Below the pieces are notes generated by a model that saw only the letters and a program-made list of their open reading frames with translations, did no database searches and was not told the DNA's origin. A DNA stretch of 64,000 nt from Octopus bimaculoides (lineage: Eukaryota), in NCBI RefSeq assembly GCF_001194135.2, contig NC_069004.1, positions 25,999,125 through 26,063,124 on the forward strand, written 5' to 3'. This document shows positions 37,735 to 49,926 of the stretch, piece by piece. The translations under genes and the position numbers were made by a program. Positions within the stretch are counted from its first letter, which is position 1, and every line of letters begins with the position of its first letter.

Positions 37735-38838
37735 TCAGTCATTTGACTGCGGCCATACTGGAGCACCGCATTTAATCGGACAAATCAACCCCAGGACTTA
37801 TTCTTTGTAAGCTTAGTACTTATTCTATAGGTATCTTTTGCCGAACCGCTAAGTTACGGGGACGTAAACACACCAGCATCGGTTGTCAAGCGACGGTGGG
37901 GGGATAAACACAGACACACAAACATATACACAAATATATATACGACGAGCTTCTTTCAGTTTCCATCTACCAAATCTACCCACAAAGCTTTGGTCAGCCC
38001 GAGGCTATAGTAGAAGGCACTTGCCCAAGGTGTCACGATGTGGGACTGAACCCGGGCCCATGTGGTTGGTAAGCAAGCTACTTACTACACAGCCTATATA
38101 CTCTTTTACTTGTTTCAGTCATTTGACTGCAGCCATGCTGGAGCATTGCCTTAAGTCAAAGAAATCGACCCCAGGACTTATTCTTTGTAAGCCTAGTACT
38201 TATTCTATCAGTCTCTTTTGCCGAACTGCTAAGTTGCAGGGACGTAAACACATCAGCATTCGTTGTCAACCGATGTTGGAGGACAAACACACACACATAC
38301 ATCTATATACGATGGGCTTCTTTCAGTTTCCGTCTACCAAATCCACTCAGAAGGCTTTGGGTCGGCCTGAGGCAATAGTAGAAGACACTTGCCCAAGGTG
38401 CCATTCAGTGGGACTGAACCCGGAACCATGTGGTTGGTAAGCAAGCTACTTACTACACAGCCTATATATGTATATCTTTTTCATTTTCGTGTCAGTCATT
38501 AGACTGTGACCATTCTGGGCACTGCTTTGAAGAATTTTAGACAAATGAATCAACTCCAGTACATTTTTTCTCAACCTGATACTTATACTTTCAGTCTCTT
38601 TTTGCCAAATCATTAAATTACAGGGATGTAACCACACCAACACTGGTTAACAAGCAGAAGCAGGGAACAAACAGATATAAAGACACACACATATATGATA
38701 GGCTTCTTTCAATTCCTGTCTACCAAATCCACTCATAAGGCTATAGTAGAAAACACTTGCCCAAGGAGCCAGACAGTGGGACTGAACCCAGAGCCATGTG
38801 GTCAGGAAGCAAACTTCTTACCACACAGCCACGCCTGC
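37735..38838 (-). mobile_element. Three tandem full-length SINE family A copies
   Basis: Units at about 37735-38095, 38098-38463 and 38475-38838, all on minus and mutually diverged. Confidence 0.88.
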
Positions 38839-38842
38839 ACCG

Positions 38843-38901
<59 letters not shown>

Positions 38902-40352
38902 CATGTACATACATGTACATACACACAAGCAATCATATATACACAAAGATGCACAAACATGTTGATACATACACACAGTGCATTGAAGTCAAGATGGTAC
39001 AATTATGGTTTTCAGGACTTGGCTAACCTGACCAATATGTGTACTCTGTGTGTGTGTGCGTGTGTGTGTGTGTGTGAGCGCGTGTGCAGGTTGTGTGTGG
39101 ATCAATGCCAATTGTTTGTTAGATCTATGCCAAATCCTGGCTCAAGCAGAGCTTAACAGTGAGACAGAGATAATAAATTGATGTTCGTTGCTATTAATGT
39201 TTAGTTGAAATTCTGGCAGCAGGTTTTGTGGATAGCTTTGATCAAGAAGCTTAAAACAGTGACTATCACAAGTTGAAGGTGATAAATATTTAGATTTATC
39301 TCTTTACAAATAGGCATACACACACATATAGGATATATACAGAAATATACACACATCACATATATACACATACATATACACTTATATAAACATGCACACT
39401 TCACATATATAGACATACATAAACATGCACACATATATATATTCATATACACACATCACCTATGTACACATATACACCTATAAAAATGCACACATACATG
39501 TAGATATACATACATACACATATATAAACATGCACACATACACACATATATATATACATACTCATACACATGCACACATTATCTACACTGCATACATCAT
39601 CATCACTATCATTATCAATGTTCATTTCTCATGCTGGTAAGGGTTAGACAGTTGGACCAGAGCTGGTAAGGCCAGTGGCTGCACCAGGCTCTGTTGTCAG
39701 CTCTGGCATGGTTTCTATGGCTGGATGCCCTTCTTAATGCCAATCACTCCACAGAGCACTAACACATACACACACGCATTACACACAATACAGCTACAAG
39801 ACTAGAAAATAGTCACATACATATACACACACAATGAAGGAGACACCACATAGTTGCTTAACTTGCAAGAAATAGCAGCCAAATTTCTCAAAAATCAACT
39901 CTAAGAACATGTCAGATAAAGTGGCTCGAGACAATGCCTGAGAAGAAAAATGTTGGGATGGTCACAATTGGAATGATTTGAATGTCTACGTTATAGGACT
40001 GCTTGATCAGAATTGATCTGAGTTTTAAGCAACCACAACAATAATACACACACATTACAAATATGCTACACATTACACACAAATGCACATTATATATATA
40101 TATTAGCGCAGGCCTGTTATATATATCTCTCTCTTTTACTGGTTTCAGTCATTTGACTGCGGCCATGCTGGAGCACCACCTTTAGTCGAGCAAATCGACC
40201 CCGGGACTTATTCTTTGTAAGCCTAGTACTTATTCTATTGGTCTCTCTTTCCGAACTACTAAGTGACGGGGACATAAATACACCAGCATCAGTTGTCAAG
40301 CAATGCTAGGGGGACAAACACAGACACACACACATATATATATATATATATG

Positions 40353-40401
<49 letters not shown>

Positions 40402-42090
40402 NNNNNNNNNNNNNNNNNNNNNNNNNNNNNNNNNNNNNNNNNNNNNNNNNNNNNNNNNNNNNNNNNNNNNNNNNNNNNNNNNNNNNNNNNNNNNNNNNNN
40501 NNNNNNNNNNNNNNNNNNNNNNNNNNNNNNNNNNNNNNNNNNNNNNNNNNNNNNNNNNNNNNNNNNNNNNNNNNNNNNNNNNNNNNNNNNNNNNNNNNNN
40601 NNNNNNNNNNNNNNNNNNNNNNNNNNNNNNNNNNNNNNNNNNNNNNNNNNNNNNNNNNNNNNNNNNNNNNNNNNNNNNNNNNNNNNNNNNNNNNNNNNNN
40701 NNNNNNNNNNNNNNNNNNNNNNNNNNNNNNNNNNNNNNNNNNNNNNNNNNNNNNNNNNNNNNNNNNNNNNATATATATATATATATATATATACACTCTT
40801 GGAGTGGTTGGCGTTAGGAAGGGCATCCAGCTGTAGAAACTCTACCAGATCAGATTGGAGCCTGGTGCAGCCATCTGGTTCACCAGTCCTCAGTCAAACC
40901 GTCTAACCCATGCTAGCATGGAAAGCGGACGTTAAGCGACAATGATGATATATATATATATATATAAAAGAAAAAATGGGATTAAAAACCATGCCATATA
41001 AAAAGCACTGAGTCCACTCTGCAGAATGGTTGGTGTTAAGGAAGGGAATCTGGCCGTAAAAACCCTGCCAAAACAGACACAGTAGCCTGGGGTAGTCTTC
41101 TACCTGGCCAGCTTCTGTCAACTGTCCTACCCATGCATGCATGGAAGATGGACGTTAAATGATGATGATGATGATGATGATGATGAAATATATATACACA
41201 TATGTATATGTGCGTCTGTATCACATACATAAACATATACACACATAACTGGCATTCCATCAATTATGATGACGAGGGTTCCAGTTGATCCAATCAATGG
41301 AAGAGATTGCTTGTGAAATTTAACGTGCAAGTGGCTGAGCACCCCACAGACACACATACACTTAATGATTCAGTGTGACAGATAATGTGACAAGGCTGGC
41401 CCTTTGATTTACAGGTACATCTCATTTTCACCAGCTGACTGGATCAGCATAAAATAAAGTGTCTCATTCAAGGACTCAATGTGTCAACAGAATCCCACCT
41501 ACACACACAATAATTTACATCTGTTTTTCTATACTAGCCATGGTCTTATCCAGCAGAGAACATTAAACATTTGTTGCCATCTCTTGTCTTCATGTAATGT
41601 TCAATACCATGAGATCAGAGCTCACTACATTTTCCAGCATCTTCCATGAGTCTTTCTCTCCAACAACAGATTCCTTCCAGTTGGATCAATTAGCTCTTCG
41701 TTACCCAGCTCCCTATTCCCCCATACACGTTACATGACCATACCAGTGCAATTTTTCCCTCTTGCACCCTAACATCTAATTTTTCTTCTACCTAATTGTC
41801 TCCCATCTCTTTTTTTTTTTCCAGTTCGGGTAGCCATGTATCTTCTTTACAGCAAGACACCTGTTCCTGTCACACTATCAGATTTTTACTGTTCCAACTG
41901 ATTCTCACACACACACACATACATGTAGTAAAGATTATAAGATACAGAAATAAATTTATTTCTCAAACGCATGATAATGCTATAAATAGCGTGATCAGGA
42001 TAAATTATCCATACATTGCAGAAAAATAATGTGGCAGTCCTGGTTGGGATGAATGTTACTGTTATTTAGCCCCAAGAAACATTGTCTATA

Positions 42091-42218
42091 CAGGGTGTCC
42101 ACAAAGTCTGGGTACATGGGGGATTAACACATACGTTAAGAAATTATTATTTCTTTTATTTAATTGTTTATGTTATGATTTTATTTACTCCATGTACCCA
42201 GACCTTGTGGACACCCTG
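42091..42218. mobile_element. 128-bp Tc1/mariner MITE with 29-bp TIRs and TA target duplication
   Basis: TA|CAGGGTGTCCACAAAGTCTGGGTACATGG ... CCATGTACCCAGACCTTGTGGACACCCTG|TA, with one mismatch between the TIRs. Confidence 0.92.
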
Positions 42219-42384
42219 TATATACATATATAAGAAGAATTTAACCATCACTAAGTGTCACTAAGGGAACCAAAGCACCTACATTGTTAGAAATAAGAGT
42301 TTTAAAAAATCTCTTAATGTGGTAAGAAGAGCAATATATATACACTGACAGGAGAGGTAACCACCCTATGACCATTTCTAGAAT

Positions 42385-42433
42385 CACCAGACTAGGCCTA
42401 GTTTCACCTATTCCTTAGGCATCATCAGTAGTG
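42385..42433 (-). ncRNA. Minimal type I hammerhead ribozyme with palindromic stem III
   Basis: Minus strand reads CACTA-CTGATGA-T-GCCTA(AGGAA)TAGGT-GAAA-CTAGGCCTAG-TC^TGGTG. All core nucleotides and stems I, II and III are present, with a GUC cleavage triplet. Confidence 0.8.
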
Positions 42434-43498
42434 GCTGCTCAAATGGTTGATGGTTTGGTTAAATCCGTCTGCCAGTATATTTTTACCAAAACAATTTATG
42501 GCTGATTTAGCAAAATGCTAATGCATATACTAAAAATTAATATAAACAACTAGGCATGATGTAATACTATAAAGCTGGTTTGAACAGGTAGAATAATTTT
42601 GGCCTGAAATGGTCAGTTTAAATGCTAAAGGATGAAGCTTTAAGAAATTTTATATTGCCATGAGACAAAAGGTTACAAAAAAAAAAATGCCGATAAATTG
42701 TAATGCTGTTCAATGCTGATTCGGAAATACATATGCACAGATGAACAAGCACAGATACACTCAGCCACACCTAGACACATGTTTAGAATGAATAGAAAAC
42801 ATTAACATTCCAGAAGAAACATTTTTCAGAAGTTTCATACAAGGAGAATGTGGGAACCCAAGTGAGATTGTTATCTTTATAAATGAGTGACACCATTCTT
42901 AAGTGAAGTAATTTAGCTGGCGGTAGAGTTGGGTTGGGGCTGTCTGTGTTTTTGTTATTACTGTTATTATTATTATTATTACTATTATTATTATTATTAT
43001 TATTATTATTAAGGTGGTGAGCTAGGAGAATGGCAAAATGTTTTGCAGCATTCCACTCGTCTTTACATTCTGAGTTCAAATTCTGCCAAAGTCGTCTTTG
43101 CCTTTCAGGGTCGATAAATTAAGTACCAGTGAAACACTGGGGTCAATGTAATTGACTAATCCCCTCCCCACAAAATTCCAGGCCTTGTGCCTATAGTAGA
43201 AAAGCTTATTATTATTATTATTATTATTATTATGAAGGCAGTGAGCTGGCAGAATCATTAGCACACTGGGCAAAATGCTTAGAAGCATTTCATCTGTCGT
43301 TACGTTCTGAGTTCAAATTCCGTTGTGTCTGACTTTGCCTTTCATCCTTTCAGGGTCAATAAATAATTAAGTACCAGCTAAGTAATGGGGTTGATGTAAT
43401 CGACTTGCACCCTCCCCCAAAATTCAGGCCTCGTGTCTAGAGCAGAAAAGATTATAATAATCATCATCATCATTATTGAGCGAGAGAACAGCACATAA

Positions 43499-43531
<33 letters not shown>

Positions 43532-43565
43532 CATAGTGGCATTTTATCAGTCTTTACATTCTGAA

Positions 43566-43892
43566 GGCGCATGGCTCAGAGCATCAAGCTTACAATCGTG
43601 AGGTTGTGAGTTCGAATCCCGGACCGGGCTGCGTGTTGTGTTCTTGAGCAAGACACTTTATTTCATGTTGCTCCAGTTCACTCAGACTGTAGAAATGAGT
43701 TGCGACGTCACTGGTGCCAAGGTGTATTAGCCTTTGCCTTTCCCTTGGATAACACTGGTGGCGTGGAGAGGAGAGGCTGGTATGCATGGGTGACCACTGG
43801 TCTTCCATAAACAACCTTGTCTGGACTTGTGCTTTGGAGGGTAACTTTCTAGGTGCAATCCCATGGTCAGTCATGACCGAAGGGGGGGGTCT
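43566..43892 (+). mobile_element. tRNA-CORE SINE family F, nested in SINE B remnants
   Basis: Head GGCGCATGGCTCAG...GAGTTCGAATCCC, CORE-like TTCTTGAGCAAGACACTTTATTTC...AAATGAGT, and tail GGAGGGTAACTTTCTAGGTGCAATCCCATGG, also seen at 31200-31270. Confidence 0.8.
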
Positions 43893-44074
43893 CAGCAACA
43901 TTCTGAGTCCAAATTTCGTCAAGGTCAACTTTGTTTTAAGGTGACAAAATGGCGGAACTGTTAGCATGCTGGGCAAAATACTAAGTGGCATTTTGTCTGT
44001 CTTATGTTCTGAATTCAAATTCAATTGAGGTCAACTGTATGCAGATGACCTTGTTCTAATGAGATAGGGTTTTG

Positions 44075-44270
44075 GTTTTACTTGACTCAACAAGTCTTCT
44101 CAAGCATATATCGCCTGATGCATCAAGGGTACTTTTAAATGGGTTGGACATGCAACACTGGTATCGGCCATAACTGCGATCTCACTTTAGTTGCTGGGTC
44201 TTCTCAATCACAGCATATCTCCAATGGTCTTGGTCTCTTGCCATTGCCTGTGAAGCTCACTCCTCTGAAA
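44075..44270 (-). mobile_element. RTE 3'-end fragment with a different 3' UTR
   Basis: Minus translation ASQAMARDQDHWRYAVIEKTQQLK* parallels EAMTTDRDLWKCAMREKIRQAK* at 20.3 kb. A related copy lies at about 11060-11250(-). Confidence 0.65.
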
Positions 44271-45522
44271 TTACTGGCCTTATGCCAAAATTTGAAATCA
44301 TCATTATTATTACTGAGTGAGAAAGCAATGCACACCATTATTATTATTGTTATTATCATAGTGGTATTTCGTCCGTCTTTACATCTTGAATTCAAATTCC
44401 GCCGAGGTTGACTTGGCCTTTCATCTTTTTTGGATTGATAAAATAAGTACTAGTCTTTCCGCCGCCTACTCGTCGCTCTGAATTCGACTTCCGTGTCTCC
44501 CCAAATTGCTGGCCTTGTGTCAAAAATTATTATTATTATTACTATTATTATTATTAGGTGGCACGTAAAATGCACCATTTTGAGAGTGGCCATTGCCAGT
44601 ACCACCTGACTGGCCTTTGTGCCGGTAGCACGTAAAAGCACCCACTATATTCTTGGAGTGGTTGGCGTTATGAAGGGCATCCAGCTGTAGAAACTCTGCC
44701 AAATCAGATTGAAGCCTGGTGTAGCCATCTGGTTTCACCAGTCCTCAGTCAAATCGTCCAACCCATGCTAGCATGGAAAGCAGACGTCAAATGATTATTA
44801 TTAGTATTATTATTAAGGCAGTGAGCTGGTAAAATTGTTAGCACTCCGGATGAAATGCTTAGCATTATTTCCCTTAAAATTGCTGCCCCTGTGGCAAAAT
44901 TTGAAACCATTATCATTATTAATAATAACAATCCTGTCTACTATAGGCACAAGGCCTGAAATTTGGGGGGAAAGGAGGCCAGTCGATTAGATTGACTCCA
45001 GTACAAAACTGGTACTTAATTTATCGATCTCAAAAGGATGAAAGGCAAAGTTGACCTCGGCGGAATTTGAACTCAGAACGTAGCGACAGGCGAAATACCA
45101 TTAAGCATTTCACCCAGCGTGCAACTGATTCTGCCAGCTCACGGCCTTATTAATTAATAATAATGAGGCAATGATCACCATACACAGTAACACCCAGTAA
45201 ATTTTACAGCTGACTTCATTAATTTATGGCTGTCATCGTTAACAATTAATTATCCATCCATAGTGTTACCATGACTACAATATTACATCACAGCTGTTAT
45301 CATGACATTATTTCCTCTTTTTCTCTCTCACATACACACACACAAAAGTCAGGCAGACAGTTGTCTGCTTAACCAAGAAATGGTAACAGTCTACTAAGGA
45401 AACGATCGCTTATGTGAGGTGTACTTAAATAATGGCAGTAACGGTATAGCTGAATACACACACACATCTGTACACAAAGACAGACACACTTGTACGCATT
45501 TATACACACACATATACTCTCT

Positions 45523-45931
45523 TACTCTTACTCTTTTACTCGTTTCAGTCATTTGACTGCAGCCATGCTGGAGCACCGCCTTTAGTCGAGTAAATCGACC
45601 CCAGGACTTATTCTTTGTAAGCCTAGTTCTTATTCTATCGGTCTCTTTTTGCCGAACTGCTAAGTTACAGGGATGTAAACATACCAGCATCGGTTGTCAA
45701 GCGATGGTGGGGGGGACAAACAAAGACACACAAACACACATACATATATATATATGCATATACATATATACGACAGGCTTCTTTCAGTTTCCGTCTACCA
45801 AATCCACTCACAAGGCTTTGGTTGGCCCGAGGCTATAGTAGAAGACGTTTGCTCAAGGTGCTACGCAGTGAGACTGAACCCAGAACCATGTGGTTGGTAA
45901 GCAAGCTATTTACTACACAGCCACTCCTGTG
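45523..45931 (-). mobile_element. Full-length SINE family A copy
   Basis: Reverse complement of the family A unit. Confidence 0.9.
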
Positions 45932-47047
45932 CGTATACTATATAAATAGACATATACACACTCCTGTATTCAACTGGCACTCCATTGGTTACGAGGATGA
46001 TCCAATCAATGGAACAGTCTTTAGAAGTAGTCTTCAATACAGCTGCAATATATGAAGACAGTTTCTCTTAATTTAACAGTGGTGCNNNNNNNNNNNNNNN
46101 NNNNNNNNNNNNNNNNNNNNNGTGGTGCTCCAGCATGACAGCAGTTTTAAAACTGAAACAAGTTAAAGAGTTTTTTATTTAAGATTTAAAAAATTTTTTA
46201 TATATAATTTATAAATTTCAGAAAACCTTTTTTCAAATGTTTTTCCTGCATCGTGAATTCTTTCCAAAGACTTAGGGAAATGGCCTCGAGTTGATATGAA
46301 GTAAAAGAGTACTTAATGGGAACTATGGGTGCTCAACATGTAGAGCAGTAGTTCCCAAAGTGAGTGGTATTGCACCCCTTTTCCCCCGGGGAGCAGTGGA
46401 AAGTTCCAAGTGGGCGTCGAAGAAAAGTGGGGCGCAACTGGTACTTAATTTATTGACCCTGAAAGGATGAAAGCAAAGTCAACCTCAGCAGAATTTGACC
46501 TCAGACGAAATACCACTAAGCATTTTGCCTGGCGTGCTAACATTTCTCCCAGCTCGCCGCCTTATCCACTTCTATTATTACCATTATTACCAAGGTAGCG
46601 AGGTGGCAGTCCAACAAAAGAAACCAACAGAATAAGTACCAGACAGGAGAAAAAAAAAATGTACTGCAGCCAACCCTCACCTATTGAGGCAGACATATTT
46701 GGGCAGATATGTTCTTGCAGAATATTGGAAACAAACGACACTGCATCTATGACAGTGACACTCATCTACAACTATCATACGACGGCAAGAGAAGACAATA
46801 CAAACACACACATAGACTATGACAGGCTTCTTCCAGTTTCTGCCTGCCAAATCTCCTCACTGGTTAAACAATCAAATACTGGGGTTGCTATAATCGTCTT
46901 TACAGCCTCCTTCTAAAGGTGCTGCCTTTTGTTCAGGTTAGAAAAAATATTTCTAAATTACAGCTGCCTAAATACATCTCAGAAATAGATAAAACAATCT
47001 GTATGACACATATTTTAATGAAGTGGTGTGATAAAACAGTCTCAGAG

Positions 47048-47086
<39 letters not shown>

Positions 47087-47814
47087 AAAAGGAAGGGAGA
47101 GAGAGGGTGAGAGAGAATGAGAGTGTTTATGTGCATGAAAGAGAGAAACACACTAACCCCAGACATCTACACAACACACACCTGAAAGGAATTTCAAATA
47201 TTCAATTATAGTTACATTTATCTTAGTGAAGGTACATGGTAGAGTAGGTCAGGCGGTGAGCTCATAACAGTGTGTGGGTTCAATTCTGCGGTACAAGGTG
47301 GTGTGTTGTGTCCTTGGGCATGTCGGTTCAGTCCACTCAGCTAAAACAAGTTGACAGCAACATTTGGAAAAGGGGTTTATCTCAGTAACAGACCAGCATC
47401 TTCAGGGAGCAGTCTAGTATTCTCAGTCATTTAAAGGCCATAGAAACCAAGATATGTCCTGGGCTAATGGATCTGTAGGCCCTAGACAATTTTTATCATC
47501 ACTATTTAATGTCTGTTTTCCATACTGGCATGGGTTGAACAGTTTGACAGGAGCTGGCCAGCCAAAGAGCTGCACCACGCTCAAACTGTCAGCTTTAGCA
47601 TGGTATCTATAACTGGATGCCCTTCCTAACACCAACCACCTTATAGAATGTACTAGGTACTTTCTACATGGTACCAAGATGGATGCTTTTTTTACATGGT
47701 ACCAGCATGGACGTTTTTTTTACGTTGCACTAGCATGGGTGCTGCTGTCCCCAAATACAACTCTTGCCTTCGCTCCTGACAGAAACTGGCCTTCAACCCT
47801 GATGTAAATCCACC

Positions 47815-48033
47815 CTCAGCTAAGATACGAGCCCACACTGAACCCTGATTCATGCTTCCTTCAAACCAGATACAAATCCACCCCCTGCCCCAGCCTAGAT
47901 ACAAAGTTCCACTCAGCCCAGCTAAGGGCCACCTCCTGCCCTGAAACAAGCTCACAATGAGCCCAGATACAAGCTCCCTTCAGCCCAGATGCAAACCCAC
48001 ACTGAACCCAGATACTAACCCACATATAGCCAG
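47815..48033. repeat. Degenerate ~21-24-bp tandem repeat (CCCAGATACAA(A/G)CCCACACTGA-like) running into a gap
   Basis: Recurring CCAGATAC/CCCAGATGC/CTAGATAC anchors. Confidence 0.6.
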
Positions 48034-48667
48034 NNNNNNNNNNNNNNNNNNNNNNNNNNNNNNNNNNNNNNNNNNNNNNNNNNNNNNNNNNNNNNNNNNN
48101 NNNNNNNNNNNNNNNNNNNNNNNNNNNNNNNNNNNNNNNNNNNNNNNNNNNNNNNNNNNNNNNNNNNNNNNNNNNNNNNNNNNNNNNNNNNNNNNNNNNN
48201 NNNNNNNNNNNNNNNNNNNNNNNNNNNNNNNNNNNNNNNNNNNNNNNNNNNNNNNNNNNNNNNNNNNNNNNNNNNNNNNNNNNNNNNNNNNNNNNNNNNN
48301 NNNNNNNNNNNNNNNNNNNNNNNNNNNNNNNNNNNNNNNNNNNNNNNNNNNNNNNNNNNNNNNNNNNNNNNNNNNNNNNNNNNNNNNNNNNNNNNNNNNN
48401 NNNNNNNNNNNNNNNNNNNNNNNNNNNNNNNNNNNNNNNNNNNNNNNNNNNNNNNNNNNNNNNNNNNNNNNNNNNNNNNNNNNNNNNNNNNNNNNNNNNN
48501 NNNNNNNNNNNNNNNNNNNNNNNNNNNNNNNNNNNNNNNNNNNNNNNNNNNNNNNNNNNNNNNNNNNNNNNNNNNNNNNNNNNNNNNNNNNNNNNNNNNN
48601 NNNNNNNNTACACATGCATGCAAAGACACATACACACTAAAGGAAACTGACATAGAAATACACAAAG

Positions 48668-48730
<63 letters not shown>

Positions 48731-49289
48731 TATATATACATACATATATATATATACACACACAATATATATATATACATACACACACACATATATCTAC
48801 CTATCTATCTATACACACACACACATATACACACAACAGACTATACATACCACACACACAATAGACACCATATATATAGTCTTGATGAAATATACATCAC
48901 TGTAGGGACAGTGAGTCACCTTTTACTTGTTTCAGCCATTAAATTGTGGCCATGCTGGAGCATTGCCTCGAAGAATTTTTAGTAGAATGAATCAATCCCA
49001 GTACTTATGTTTTTCTTTTAAGCCCGGTCTCTTTTGCTGCACTGCTAAGTGATGGGGAAGTAAATTCACCAATGCCAGTTGTCGAGGGGTATTGGGGGAC
49101 AAACGGACACAAAGACACACACACACACACGACATGTTTCCTTCAGCTTCCATCTACCAAATCCACTCATGAAACTGTAGCAGATGACATTTGCCCAAGG
49201 TGCCAAGCAGTGGAACTGAACCCAGAACTATGTGGTTGGGAAACAAACCTTTTGACACAAACATGGTTACACCCACCTACCTGCCTACC

Positions 49290-49367
<78 letters not shown>

Positions 49368-49371
49368 CATA

Positions 49372-49577
49372 CAGTAATCCCTTGCCATATTGCGGTTTAT
49401 TATTTAAGCTTATGTCGATTCTTCTAGTGTTGTTTTGCATTTATAATAAAATAAATATATACAAATTATAAAAATAATTAAAAAAATATACAGTACAGTA
49501 CTGTTTCTGCTTTGTGGAGTTTCACCAATCGTGGGGTTTTTTGGAACTTAACACCCACAGTAGTCGAAGGATTACTG
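49372..49577. mobile_element. Tigger/pogo-like MITE
   Basis: TA|CAGTAATCCCTT ... GAAGGATTACTG|TA inverted ends. Confidence 0.75.
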
Positions 49578-49583
49578 TATACA

Positions 49584-49800
49584 CAAGGGGGTACTGAAAA
49601 GTTCCTGGCTTTAGGGGTATCATGAAAGGCCAGGCTGGAGGCCCAACCTTCTGAGTTCTTTTACAGGGCTCAGAAAGACAGAAGGACCACTGCAATAAGT
49701 GTGTGAGACTGAGAAGGGAATATGTTGAATAAAACCATTATTAACTGATCCTCCTGTATTTTCTTTTACCCAAAGCCAGGAACTTTTCAGCACCCCCTTG
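49584..49800. mobile_element. Mariner-derived MITE
   Basis: TIRs CAAGGGGGTACTGAAAAGTTCCTGGCTTT and AAAGCCAGGAACTTTTCAGCACCCCCTTG. The interior resembles a mariner 3' end (AAGGGAATATGTTGAATAA). Confidence 0.88.
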
Positions 49801-49827
49801 TGTGTGTTTGTGCATATATATATATAT

Positions 49828-49926
<99 letters not shown>

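Larger units (their letters stand above)
43012..45150. mobile_element. Cluster of SINE B copies in (TTA)n tracts with interposed elements
   Basis: B copies at about 43012-43200(+), 43235-43450(+), 43930-44035(+), 44350-44530(+), 44815-44910(+) and 44930-45150(-). Confidence 0.8.

Noticed and set aside
45375-45450. Possible extra minus-strand exon LYRYCHYLSTPHISDRFLSRLLPFL
   Set aside because: The frame is open and phase-compatible, but the donor (G|gttaag) and acceptor are weak; insufficient support.
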